IMG/VR virus record: IMGVR_UViG_3300028591_000141
Location: 34,780 to 98,779 of that record
Length of the DNA stretch: 64,000 nt
Source of the DNA: a virus
Taxonomy: Duplodnaviria; Caudoviricetes
Direction: 5' to 3' (one strand)
Under the pieces are notes generated by a model. The model was not told the DNA's origin. It ran no database searches and saw only the letters and a list, made by a program, of their open reading frames with translations. Shown here piece after piece: positions 46,174 to 55,203 of this stretch (position 1 is the stretch's first letter; each line of letters begins with the position of its first letter). Both the position numbers and the translations under genes were made by a program.

Positions 46174-46467
46174 TTACCTTCCAATCATCTGCCGGGCCAT
46201 CTGCACCATCTGCGGGTCAACCTTCCCGCTCTGCTGAAGCCATCCGAGCAACTGCTCCGGATTGCCTGACACCTCGCTCGGCGCGTCCGGAAAATACTGC
46301 TGAACCATCTGCTGCGGATTCTGGAACATTCCGGCAAGCTGCCTGGCCCGCTGCATTACGTTCTGCAAAGCCCCAAACGGCCCGCCTGCCTGCATCGGTG
46401 CGGAATTATTCGTCCCGATTCCGGAGGCTCCGGAAACGCCCTTCAAAGCCTGATAAAGTTGGTTCAT
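46174..46467 (-). CDS. Gln/Met-rich moron protein
   Basis: NPQQMVQQ...LQQSGKV. Confidence 0.7.
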   Translation of the reverse strand: MNQLYQALKGVSGASGIGTNNSAPMQAGGPFGALQNVMQRARQLAGMFQNPQQMVQQYFPDAPSEVSGNPEQLLGWLQQSGKVDPQMVQMARQMIGR

Positions 46468-46953
46468 TTACTCCGCCCCCTTTACCGTCCGTTTCACGCC
46501 TGTGCCGCTGGTGTTCATCTGTCCGATGGTGTCGATCAGATCCTGCTTCATCCGCTCCAGGTCTTCCTTCTTCACAAACTGGCTCATGTCCGGCTTTGGT
46601 TCAGCCTCTCCGCTGAATCCCTGTGTCTTTTCCCCGCTCGGCGTTCCTTCCAGTTTGTATCTCGCCTTCTGGAGCGGGTTCGGCATGCCCATCGGGTTGA
46701 TGCTCTTCAGGTAGATCACCGTGTCGTTCGTGTCCCACAGGTCAATCGGCTGGTTCGGCGGCCATCCGGCCGGCATCTGGAATGCCTTGGCGCCGACCTC
46801 GCCGTCCACCCACTTGATGCCCATCCCGCTCTGGTTCTGCATCACCTGCTGAACGGGCTGCTGTGCAAACGTCTGCTGATACTGCGGATACATCTGCTGT
46901 CCGACTCCGCCGTAGTTCCAGTTGTTCTGGTATGGCACCGGATAATTTGGCAT
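46468..46953 (-). CDS. Gln-rich moron protein
   Basis: WVDGEVGAKAF...IYLKS..MGMP...FVKKEDLE. Confidence 0.7.
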   Translation of the reverse strand: MPNYPVPYQNNWNYGGVGQQMYPQYQQTFAQQPVQQVMQNQSGMGIKWVDGEVGAKAFQMPAGWPPNQPIDLWDTNDTVIYLKSINPMGMPNPLQKARYKLEGTPSGEKTQGFSGEAEPKPDMSQFVKKEDLERMKQDLIDTIGQMNTSGTGVKRTVKGAE

Positions 46954-46956
46954 GGT

Positions 46957-47334
46957 TTATTCCTTCTTTCTGAAAAAATAGGTCGGTGTTTCATCCGCTG
47001 AATCCCACATGTCGTACCAGTTTCCGCCCTTCACACAGACCGCGTGTGATCCTGTTCCGATCACATACGTCCCTCTCGGATACCGCTTCGCAAACTCGCG
47101 GACCGTCACGCACTCCGGACAGCTCGCCGGCAGCAGAAACCTCTCAAACCCGCAGGCTTTCAAATACAGCCCCCACAGCCAGTTCACGCTCGGCATCGTG
47201 CAGTGAATGTGGCTCAGTATGCACAGATCCCAATGCACGTCCTCCCAGTCCTGATCAGTTGCGATTGCAATCGCCCTGACCACGCAGTCCGGTTCCTCGC
47301 TCCTGCATGGATTCGGGTTCGCGTAGATCCACAT
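46957..47334 (-). CDS. putative papain-fold (C39-like) protein
   Basis: DCVVRAIA, HAVCV and DMWDS give a possible Cys-His-Asp triad. Confidence 0.55.
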   Translation of the reverse strand: MWIYANPNPCRSEEPDCVVRAIAIATDQDWEDVHWDLCILSHIHCTMPSVNWLWGLYLKACGFERFLLPASCPECVTVREFAKRYPRGTYVIGTGSHAVCVKGGNWYDMWDSADETPTYFFRKKE

Positions 47335-47528
47335 CAGGCACAGTCCGGGCTGACACCGCAGTCCTCCAGGATCATGTCCGCCACATCGTCATCTTCCGGC
47401 CGCAGATCCATCAGCGTAGCCGTGAGCAGCATCATGGCGTACGCGGTTTCCACGCTTGCTCCCGTAGCGTTCATAATCCTGTTGATGTTTTTCCGGCAGC
47501 TCTTCGGGTACATGATCGTCTGGTCCAT
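47334..47528 (-). CDS. hypothetical protein
   Basis: GGAGGTG RBS. Confidence 0.55.
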   Translation of the reverse strand: MDQTIMYPKSCRKNINRIMNATGASVETAYAMMLLTATLMDLRPEDDDVADMILEDCGVSPDCA

Positions 47529-47737
47529 CGGATTTCAGCACCTCCCTTATGCCCTGATTGTCGCAGAAAAAGACCGCCGTGCAGAGTAAGCACAGCGGTA
47601 TCTTTATGGTAGTTTCAGGGTATAAAAAAACGGGCAGGTGTTGCCTGCCCTTAAAGGTCCTTACTTAGTCCGCCTGCGGCCTGCCGGAAAGTTTTCAAAC
47701 CCGGCAAGTGTGCCGCCTCAGCGTGTAAGGCTCTTTC

Positions 47738-48025
47738 CTATATGTGCCGGAACAGTTGTTCCTTTCGTGTCCGGATGATTTGCTTCAGCCGATCCTTGGT
47801 CAGTTCGTACCCGCGTTCCTCCAGCCGGTCCAGCATCTGCTCATATGTGATGCCGTCAAACAGGTACATGGACAGGATGTATCTGTCCCGTTCGCCGTTC
47901 CGTCCGTTGATCCATCTCCAGATGAGCATCTCCGTTTCGGCGCGGTCAAGCTCCTGTACGCTCATTTCCTTCCACCGGAATAACTCGGATTCTTTACGAT
48001 TCCTGTACCGCCACATGTCCCGCAT
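47738..48025 (-). CDS. sigma-region-4-like HTH protein
   Basis: ERDRYILSMYLFDGITYEQM. Confidence 0.65.
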   Translation of the reverse strand: MRDMWRYRNRKESELFRWKEMSVQELDRAETEMLIWRWINGRNGERDRYILSMYLFDGITYEQMLDRLEERGYELTKDRLKQIIRTRKEQLFRHI

Positions 48026-48055
48026 GTCTTTGCGGGGCCGTTTGTGCTGCCCTTC

Positions 48056-48340
48056 TTAACGCGAATCCGTATCGTCTGCCTTGCTTTGCCCAACGTTCAC
48101 ATCTCCTATTCCGGCTCCGTAGTTGATGGAGTCTCCGCATTCTCCGGATTCTGCTTCCTGTGTCACTACCACATCCTGGAAACTGTTCTCATAGATCACC
48201 CATGCCAGGTTCGTTCCGAACAGCATCGCCAGCACCACCATAAACGCGATAAACCACCGCTTGCACTGGGTCTCAATCCTTGTCATTTCCCGTTCGTGCT
48301 GGGCCATTGTGTAAACCGGTTCGCTCATGCAATAAAGCAC
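48056..48340 (-). CDS. small membrane protein
   Basis: Single TM helix WFIAFMVVLAMLFGTNLAWVIYE. Confidence 0.65.
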   Translation of the reverse strand: MLYCMSEPVYTMAQHEREMTRIETQCKRWFIAFMVVLAMLFGTNLAWVIYENSFQDVVVTQEAESGECGDSINYGAGIGDVNVGQSKADDTDSR

Positions 48341-48361
48341 CTCCTATTATAATGTGTAGTA

Positions 48362-48390
48362 ATTATACTACATTCTGTATTTTTTATCAA
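48362..48390 (-). promoter_or_regulatory. sigma-A promoter of the moron operon with an operator in the spacer
   Basis: TTGATA(48390)-N17-TATAAT(48367); ACTAC-ATTCT-GTATT at 48367-48381. Confidence 0.65.
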
Positions 48391-48395
48391 CGGGA

Positions 48396-48716
48396 TTACT
48401 TATCCATGTCCCGCTGTTCTCCCTGCTCGATCCGCAGTTCCCTTACCAGCGACTCAATCAGCGCGTCTACGGCAGGTGCGTCGATCTCATAACCGTTCTG
48501 CTTGAGGAAATCCAGTACATACTGCTTCTTCTCCTTCCACTGCTCGGTCGAGAAGATCTGTTCCGCCGCGTATACGCCTACGCGGGCCAGCATTGCCAGG
48601 GCCTCAAACTGCCGTTCGTTCGTCTTTTCCTTGATCCATGGAATCAGATACCGGGTAATGATCGCTCCGATCAGGGTGATTATCGCCAGGATGATCTGTG
48701 TCAAATCAATTGTCAT
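48396..48716 (-). CDS. holin (LL-H-like)
   Basis: TM helix; VYAAEQ...EKKQYV...IESLV. Confidence 0.8.
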   Translation of the reverse strand: MTIDLTQIILAIITLIGAIITRYLIPWIKEKTNERQFEALAMLARVGVYAAEQIFSTEQWKEKKQYVLDFLKQNGYEIDAPAVDALIESLVRELRIEQGEQRDMDK

Positions 48717-49207
48717 TCCGCCTTTTCCTCCTTGTATACGCCGTCTATCAGGTAGTTCTTCATGGCATTATATGCCGTAGTATGTTTCTCGTCTTTTTCC
48801 AGCAGGGCCAGCATGCCATGACACAACGCATTGGTGTCACTTTCCAGCTTGCCGACTCTGCTTTCGTGTGCGTTCAGCTGGTTGGTGTGCATGGTCAGCA
48901 GTTCCTTGTCTGCCGCCAGCTTGTCGTTAATGTCGTTGAACTTCTTATCAAAACTGGTTTCAAAGTCCTTGAACTTCTGGTCGATCTGTGGGCCAATCTG
49001 CTCGACCACCTTGTCCGCAACTTCCTTGGTAATGTCCGTCTTTCCAAGCGCTTGTTTCTCCTGGCGTTCCTTGATCCATTTTTTAATCTGGTCAATAAAC
49101 TTTGCAATGACAAGGAAAGCACCAATAAGGGCAAATCCGATGCAGATGAATGTCCATACGGAGTCAAGCGTCAGTCCCTCAATTGTCATCGTTTTCACCC
49201 CTTTCAA
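48713..49207 (-). CDS. lysis-module membrane/coiled-coil protein
   Basis: One TM helix plus coiled coil; between endolysin and holin. Confidence 0.65.
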   Translation of the reverse strand: MKGVKTMTIEGLTLDSVWTFICIGFALIGAFLVIAKFIDQIKKWIKERQEKQALGKTDITKEVADKVVEQIGPQIDQKFKDFETSFDKKFNDINDKLAADKELLTMHTNQLNAHESRVGKLESDTNALCHGMLALLEKDEKHTTAYNAMKNYLIDGVYKEEKAE

Positions 49208-49995
49208 TACTTGCCCTTGCCGTCTCCTACAACGTCAAGGAATTTTGCCATCATGTACCAACCTTTGCGTTTACCGCAGTTGATCTTCGCCCATGTTTCT
49301 CCCGGTTCGACAATCTCAACCTCTGTACCGCACGGAACCTTCTCCCACGTCCTACACGTCTTGTCAGGGTACTGCCGCATTTTCACAGGATCACCGTTAT
49401 CTGCATACACGATTGCCTTGCTTCCGTCACTCGGTACAGGTTCGGGTATTGGTGTCGGTTCCGGTGCAGGTTTCCCATCACAGGCGGTATAGACCGGTCG
49501 CCACTTCCCTGCATAGTTCCATCCGCCGTCCAGTGATGTGTCAAGTTTCATCCTCGGACTAGTCATGTGCTTAATTCGCAACGGATTTACACTGTACACA
49601 ACACCTGCGTGATAATAATCCAGCAAGTCTCCGTTGTAGTAGGCATTGCCTTTCTTATATCGGTCAGGAAGCTTGTATGCGTGGGTCTTGTATCCTTTGT
49701 TGCAAGCCTTTCGGACTTTTCCGGTGCTGTCACATGCCTTTAGCACAACATCGCCTGGTTTCAGTTCGTTAACGTTTGAAATGTAGTGCAGGTTAACAAT
49801 CCTGTTTCGTGCGGCGTAGTTACTGCCTTGGATACCGGAGTACTTAAATCCTGCTCTGTTTCCTGCACCGATAGGCAGACCGATGCAGTCACACACACCG
49901 CCTGTACCGTCGCCCGGTTGTTTGTAGGCTGGGTCTTCTTTCTGTATTTCGTCTACTTTCTTTAGAAACTTGTCCACACCTTCATCGTAAGTCAC
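49204..49995 (-). CDS. endolysin: NlpC/P60-like domain plus C-terminal SH3b
   Basis: CDCIG, HAGV; PAPEPTP linker; GWYMMAKFL. Confidence 0.8.
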   Translation of the reverse strand: MTYDEGVDKFLKKVDEIQKEDPAYKQPGDGTGGVCDCIGLPIGAGNRAGFKYSGIQGSNYAARNRIVNLHYISNVNELKPGDVVLKACDSTGKVRKACNKGYKTHAYKLPDRYKKGNAYYNGDLLDYYHAGVVYSVNPLRIKHMTSPRMKLDTSLDGGWNYAGKWRPVYTACDGKPAPEPTPIPEPVPSDGSKAIVYADNGDPVKMRQYPDKTCRTWEKVPCGTEVEIVEPGETWAKINCGKRKGWYMMAKFLDVVGDGKGKY

Positions 49996-50336
49996 CCGTT
50001 ACTCACCTCACTTTCATCCGCATCACTCTCCGTTTCTGTTGGGTCTGTTTCTGTCTGGTCTGATTCTCCTGTATTGGAAAGGTTCATTTCGATCTTCGCC
50101 TTGTCGAGCATTGCAAACACGCCTTTTTCATAGATGCTGTTGCGCGTGTATGCCCATACGTTCAGAATCATGACCGCCGTCGCGATAATGCCCATGTATA
50201 CACTATACAGTGCAGCTGAAGGCTGAAGGAGCAGGATCACAGACAGCCATGTCATAAAGACAAACCAGAATACGGCAGTCCATCTCGCCAGCTTTTTGCT
50301 GAACTGCTTCTTCGGATCAATCCTGTAGTTGTCCAT
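49992..50336 (-). CDS. two-TM membrane protein (holin-like)
   Basis: Two hydrophobic helices; upstream of the endolysin. Confidence 0.6.
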   Translation of the reverse strand: MDNYRIDPKKQFSKKLARWTAVFWFVFMTWLSVILLLQPSAALYSVYMGIIATAVMILNVWAYTRNSIYEKGVFAMLDKAKIEMNLSNTGESDQTETDPTETESDADESEVSNG

Positions 50337-50348
50337 CCTGTCCTCCTT

Positions 50349-50388
50349 AAAAGTAAAAGCACCCGCCGGTTCTCACCGACAGGTGCCT
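50349..50388 (-). terminator. leader attenuator-like hairpin before the lysis genes
   Basis: GCACCTGTCGG...CCGGCGGGTGC plus TTTTACTTTT directly before the RBS; shares 19 nt with 59379-59397. Confidence 0.65.
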
Positions 50389-50453
50389 AAACAAAAATGT
50401 TCACTTACATAAGTATTGTATCACGAACAGGATTTTAAATGCAAGAAATTGTT

Positions 50454-50756
50454 TTAAGATTCAGGTTCAGTTTCTTCTTCCTGTTCTGGTTCAGGTACAG
50501 GGAAAGAACCACGTGTTTTGCGTTCAAGCATGAACCCGTCAACAGTAGAAAGTGTAACGGTTGAAATTTGGCGCGTGTCAACCTTGCACATATCTGACCA
50601 AGCGTCGGACATATCACCTTCTGCCCTGATCTGCGCCTTGTCTATGTCATCACCGTAACTTTTACTGTCAAATCTTTTCGGATACCCGGAGATGTAGTTG
50701 AAAGTGCCGTTCTGATCCACGATGTGAGCATCAACAATGAAAATCTGCCTTGCCAT
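50454..50756 (-). CDS. hypothetical tail-region protein
   Basis: AAAGGA RBS; follows the site at 50782. Confidence 0.7.
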   Translation of the reverse strand: MARQIFIVDAHIVDQNGTFNYISGYPKRFDSKSYGDDIDKAQIRAEGDMSDAWSDMCKVDTRQISTVTLSTVDGFMLERKTRGSFPVPEPEQEEETEPES

Positions 50757-50852
50757 AATAAAATCATCCTTTCTTTTTGTTCGTTAATTCATTCTTTATC
50801 ATTTTTGATAATTACCGTTTCTCTGTGATATAATCAATACAGAGGTGGTTTT

Positions 50853-51011
50853 ATGGTTATCGTTTGCATTGTCGGTTGTCTTGCTATTGCATTGCTCCTT
50901 ATTGGAATAGTGTTTATTTACTATTCTGTCGGATATACTCATCATAAAAATAACAATAGTAAGTTATACCGTTTGGTTTGGTCTGTCATTGACAAAATTG
51001 ATGGACGATGA
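50853..51011 (+). CDS. 52-aa membrane moron with its own promoter (not in ORF track)
   Basis: TTGATA..TATAAT, GAGGTGG RBS, MVIVCIVGCLAIALLLIGIVFIYY. Confidence 0.6.
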   Translation: MVIVCIVGCLAIALLLIGIVFIYYSVGYTHHKNNNSKLYRLVWSVIDKIDGR

Positions 51012-51012
51012 T

Positions 51013-51177
51013 TCATTCATAGTTCAACTCTGCTCCAATCTTTTCAGACAATGCTACAACCATGTGATAAAACTCGTTTTCTTGTTCATAATCACTTTCG
51101 TACTCTTTGGTCAACAATATTGCTTCATGATAAAGCGTTAATGCTTTACGCAAAAGTTCAATCTGCTTTTCGTCCAT
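51013..51177 (-). CDS. 54-aa cassette ORF (not in ORF track)
   Basis: GGAGG RBS right after the site at 51191; MDEKQIELLRKAL... Confidence 0.55.
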   Translation of the reverse strand: MDEKQIELLRKALTLYHEAILLTKEYESDYEQENEFYHMVVALSEKIGAELNYE

Positions 51178-51192
51178 TATTGTTTTCCTCCG

Positions 51193-51300
51193 TTAATTCA
51201 TTCTTTGTTTCTTTGCTAACCTTTCGTCACGCTTTTTCAGTTTCTTATACATCCACTTGTTTGCATAGAACAAGTCGAGCATTTGAATAATGAAGTCCAT
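51193..51300 (-). CDS. 35-aa cassette ORF (not in ORF track)
   Basis: GAGGT RBS right after the site at 51310; its stop TAA lies inside the next site. Confidence 0.5.
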   Translation of the reverse strand: MDFIIQMLDLFYANKWMYKKLKKRDERLAKKQRMN

Positions 51301-51326
51301 GTTTTACCTCGTTAAATCATTTATGA

Positions 51327-52223
51327 TTAAGACTCTTTATAAAATACACGAACAGTATAATCCCCTGCAGGTACATTTGATAGAGTATCGATATTTTTTA
51401 ATCTGCAATAAATGAGATTATTGTATGTATAAATTATCGTTGCTATATAGTTTGCGCCAACAACATAAGCATTTAAAAATTTATCATAAGTTGCTTTATA
51501 ACCCGTTGCAGCACTAATATTAATGCCGTTATCATTTGTTATATTGACATCTTCATATACTATTTTGCTTTTATTGCTATTTACCGAATTAAATGTCCAT
51601 GTCCCATTATTAAAAGAGAAATTAACGAACTCGGCATTTGTTATGCTATAAAGCACTCCTGCATAGAAACCGCTTAAATTGTTTGATATGTAGTAGATGT
51701 TTCCTTCATAGTATCCACCATTGGAAAAACCACTATCTGTAAAGCGTGTAATTATGCCAATAACTCTGCTCTCACGAGCATTCATCGTTGCAATAACACC
51801 GGACAGATACGTTTTTACTGCATCCAATGACGCACATTCTGTAAGCGAAGAAACGGACAATTTGCTATTTAACGCATTCAAACCACCAGCAGAATCGGCT
51901 GTCAAATTACTACCGGACAAAGTACCGTTTGCGCTAATGTTTGATGTTGCAGTATACAGACCTTCGGACAAACTTCCGTGATTCCGAACGTATACGTACT
52001 GACCGGATGTAATCGCAGCGTGTGCGTTCCCATTCGCAACGATTGCCAAACCGTCTGCAAGATTGTTAATGCTTGTATTAACACTTGGGTTTCCACTGAG
52101 TCCAAATCCTGCACCAAACGCTGAGTCAATCGTGTCCATGTTGCCAGCCTGATTTGCTGGATAGGTTTTCATTTTTTCTGAACCTGACAGTTTGACCAGA
52201 TTCAGGTTTGTTGTGTTTGCCAT
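51327..52223 (-). CDS. tail-tip/fibre-like protein with two stacked variable domains
   Basis: TTNLNLVK...NMDTIDSA anchor; internal ALNSK and SVNSN junctions; last tail gene. Confidence 0.7.
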   Translation of the reverse strand: MANTTNLNLVKLSGSEKMKTYPANQAGNMDTIDSAFGAGFGLSGNPSVNTSINNLADGLAIVANGNAHAAITSGQYVYVRNHGSLSEGLYTATSNISANGTLSGSNLTADSAGGLNALNSKLSVSSLTECASLDAVKTYLSGVIATMNARESRVIGIITRFTDSGFSNGGYYEGNIYYISNNLSGFYAGVLYSITNAEFVNFSFNNGTWTFNSVNSNKSKIVYEDVNITNDNGINISAATGYKATYDKFLNAYVVGANYIATIIYTYNNLIYCRLKNIDTLSNVPAGDYTVRVFYKES

Positions 52224-52235
52224 ATTCTCACTCCT

Positions 52236-52691
52236 TTATGCTGTTCTTTTCCAAACATATATTCCACTTGTTACACCAACCGAATTGTTCCAATCAAGGT
52301 CCGTATCATTCCATGTCAAATCCATTGGTGCGTATTTTGTCCACGTTCCAAAACCGAGAATTGTTGCAGGGTTATCAGAACTGCTTTCTGTTACATAAAG
52401 ACTTCCTATTGGATAAACTTCTGTAAGTAAGTAATACGTATTTGGAATTGCACTGACCGTAATATTCCCGGTCATATATTTTCCACTTATACCAACCGTC
52501 TGTGTCTGTCTTGTTGGAGTTACGGTCGTTCCTGCATCACTTTGAATACTTCCGGTTATTGCTGTACCACTTGCATCATGCGCAGTATATCCGTACAGAA
52601 TTTTGTTGTCTGCAACAGTATCATTGCTAATATCTATAAGTATAGTTCCATCTGCTAACTCAACTTTATTTACATACGGATTATTCGCCAT
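52236..52691 (-). CDS. tail-associated protein
   Basis: YVNKVELADGTILID; YPIGSLY...GFGTW...YVWKRTA. Confidence 0.7.
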   Translation of the reverse strand: MANNPYVNKVELADGTILIDISNDTVADNKILYGYTAHDASGTAITGSIQSDAGTTVTPTRQTQTVGISGKYMTGNITVSAIPNTYYLLTEVYPIGSLYVTESSSDNPATILGFGTWTKYAPMDLTWNDTDLDWNNSVGVTSGIYVWKRTA

Positions 52692-52707
52692 CTCCCCTCA
52701 CCACCTG

Positions 52708-53313
52708 TCAGGCATCAGGGTCAACTGCGCCAATAGTCACCGTCTTTCCACCAGCCGCATTATCACTTTCCGTAATCGTAATTTCTGCTACATTCACCTG
52801 ACTAATATAATCATATCCGCTGGGTGGCAGGACGGTTGCCGCAGTCAAATAAGGAGTAACATTAACAGACGTTGCCGTTGCTCCCTCACCCGAATATGTT
52901 CCTGTTACACCAAGAATCTCAACACCGGATTTGATATTTGATGCGATAATCTTTGCCTGTTCCGTACTGTCGATACTAACAGAACCAAGGCCGTTGTGAT
53001 AACCAGATGGAACGGTGTACGTCCCGGCAACTGTGCTAATCGTTCCGCTGACAGCACTATTATTTGTCATTGAACCGGTAATTTTGTTTTTATTTACGTA
53101 GGCTGTCTGGCCTGAAAGAATTTCGCTTGCCAGTGCATTCGCATCCGTAGTGTCACTGTCATATGTACTTGTTCCCTGTACACGTTCGCCAGTTGCAAGG
53201 TGGAAATATTTTCCGCTTTGTACATCACTGGCAACAGCAGTATCACTGGTCAGGTCGATTAATATAGTACCATCTGCCAGTCCCACTTGATTTACATACG
53301 TGTTCTCCGCCAT
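52708..53313 (-). CDS. tail-associated protein
   Basis: N-terminus paralogous to the 52236 ORF; GYHNGLG, NIKSGVEILGVTGT. Confidence 0.7.
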   Translation of the reverse strand: MAENTYVNQVGLADGTILIDLTSDTAVASDVQSGKYFHLATGERVQGTSTYDSDTTDANALASEILSGQTAYVNKNKITGSMTNNSAVSGTISTVAGTYTVPSGYHNGLGSVSIDSTEQAKIIASNIKSGVEILGVTGTYSGEGATATSVNVTPYLTAATVLPPSGYDYISQVNVAEITITESDNAAGGKTVTIGAVDPDA

Positions 53314-53331
53314 TTCACTTCACTCTCCTTT

Positions 53332-53607
53332 TTATCCAATTACAACGGTATTTCCACCGTATGGATTTGTGCTCCATGTGACGGGTATTTCTCTTACTGT
53401 CACATTATCTGTCATTAGTTTGTTTTTTGTTAAAAGCACCTGCTCGTCATATAAAACTGGAGTCACCTCATAATTTCCTGTATATTCCTCATAATGATGC
53501 TCATACGGAACGTCATCAATAAGAACCATATCATTTGTATCATCATCCTCAAGTCTCAGTTCTATATCACTGTCAAGGATTAGAATCAGTTCATCATTTG
53601 CCGCCAT
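53332..53607 (-). CDS. tail-associated protein
   Basis: YTGNYEVTP...LLTKNKLMTDNVTV. Confidence 0.65.
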   Translation of the reverse strand: MAANDELILILDSDIELRLEDDDTNDMVLIDDVPYEHHYEEYTGNYEVTPVLYDEQVLLTKNKLMTDNVTVREIPVTWSTNPYGGNTVVIG

Positions 53608-53619
53608 CCTGATTCCCCC

Positions 53620-53967
53620 TTACTCGTTATAATAATGAGTGACTTCCTTTGACAGTTTCAGTTTGCCGTAAAATGTCTTTTTGTATCCTTCCTTACGGAA
53701 CTCAATATCACAATCATAATCTCCAAACGCAAGATCATTCGTGTCTGATGGGTCAATATACATCGTATAATGTCCGTCACCGTTATAAACAATGCCGCCT
53801 GTTGTCATTCGTTTCTGGAAAACAAAATCATGATCGCTATGATATTTTTTGACTGTAAAATATACATCCTCAAACTGTTCTCCGACCGTCTCACCGTCAC
53901 GTTTCAGTACAAAACCTTTCTGATAACTGTCACCCCGTGCAAATTCAATCTGAATCATTCTGCTCAC
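53620..53967 (-). CDS. BppU-like baseplate-associated protein
   Basis: RGD...VYFTVK...IDPSDT..LAFGDY. Confidence 0.6.
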   Translation of the reverse strand: MSRMIQIEFARGDSYQKGFVLKRDGETVGEQFEDVYFTVKKYHSDHDFVFQKRMTTGGIVYNGDGHYTMYIDPSDTNDLAFGDYDCDIEFRKEGYKKTFYGKLKLSKEVTHYYNE

Positions 53968-54944
53968 CTCACTTTGCTATAAACATTTACCAATGACGTT
54001 GCCCATTTTTTAACTCTTTCGTGCTCGTCAGGTACAATTTCATCCGGTTCAATCAATTCCATACGGGCAATCTTTCTAATTTCATCCAGAGATTCAGCAT
54101 CTACCTTACCAAAGGAATCAAGCCTTTCAGCAATCCACGGTGTGAACTCGTCTATAATTCGTCTTCGCATCTGCATGGAATTTCGTTTGCCAAACACCAT
54201 ATAATATGTATCGTATACCGTTCGCGTCACCATCCCATAGTACCGCTCATCGCCAGTTCCCTCATATTCACCAGTCACAATCAGATTCCGTTTGAAATGA
54301 CCATATGATGCTTCATCTTCACGTCCGCTGTTTGTAACGCTGGCCTGTCTGCGAATCCAACCATATAACGTAATTGGACTTTTAATCTCACCGATCCGTT
54401 CATGAGATATATGTGCAATGATTTCTGCATTCAGGCAACTGTCCTCATTAAATACCAGTTCTTCCCTGAACCGTATGCCACTTTCCCTGAAGAAGTTCGT
54501 CCGGTATACTTTACCGTGGCAAAACACAAATCTTTGTTTGTCTGGGACGTAATAGAGAAGTTGTTTGCCGTTTACATAATCCTCTGCTAAAATGCGACTC
54601 CATAGCATATCGTATTCATCAGTATCAAGCAGATTAATAATCTCACGTAGACTGTATACCGAAACAAACGAATCATCAAAATCGCAGAACATAATCCAAC
54701 GTGCTTTTGCGTTTTCTATTCCTGCGTTCCGTGCTGCGCTCACACCTCCATGCGGAATGGATAACTGCTCCACTTGATACGGAAGTTCTTTGAAATATTC
54801 ATTTGGGAACACAGTGGTGCCATCATGAACAATCATCACACGAATCTGATCAAAATCTATACATCTCTGAAGAGCAAGCATCTGAAACATCTTTTTGCCC
54901 ACTTCAAACGGTTCTTTATAGTGAGTAATAATAATGTCAAGCAT
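53964..54944 (-). CDS. glycosyltransferase family 2
   Basis: GGVSAARNAGI, WIMFCDFDD and FNED motifs. Confidence 0.9.
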   Translation of the reverse strand: MLDIIITHYKEPFEVGKKMFQMLALQRCIDFDQIRVMIVHDGTTVFPNEYFKELPYQVEQLSIPHGGVSAARNAGIENAKARWIMFCDFDDSFVSVYSLREIINLLDTDEYDMLWSRILAEDYVNGKQLLYYVPDKQRFVFCHGKVYRTNFFRESGIRFREELVFNEDSCLNAEIIAHISHERIGEIKSPITLYGWIRRQASVTNSGREDEASYGHFKRNLIVTGEYEGTGDERYYGMVTRTVYDTYYMVFGKRNSMQMRRRIIDEFTPWIAERLDSFGKVDAESLDEIRKIARMELIEPDEIVPDEHERVKKWATSLVNVYSKVR

Positions 54945-55203
54945 TGTTCTCTACCTTTCTCATTACCAGATTGCAATTCCCAAACTCATGACTTGCTGAC
55001 CATAGTTCTGTATAGTCATTGTAAACGTGCTCCGTTCCATAACTTGTTGCAACAATTTTGCAAGTCTTATCGGAATCTGAAAAAAGTGTGACACCTTGAA
55101 CGATGCTCATTCCATCAAGGTAAACAAAGATTGTCTTCCCATCCCCACCGTCAATGATGTGTCCGTTGACGGTCGTGCCGTCATACAGTGTCAGCGTTTC
55201 CAT
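54937..55203 (-). CDS. tail-module hypothetical protein
   Basis: Co-oriented, overlapping stops and starts. Confidence 0.6.
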   Translation of the reverse strand: METLTLYDGTTVNGHIIDGGDGKTIFVYLDGMSIVQGVTLFSDSDKTCKIVATSYGTEHVYNDYTELWSASHEFGNCNLVMRKVENNA

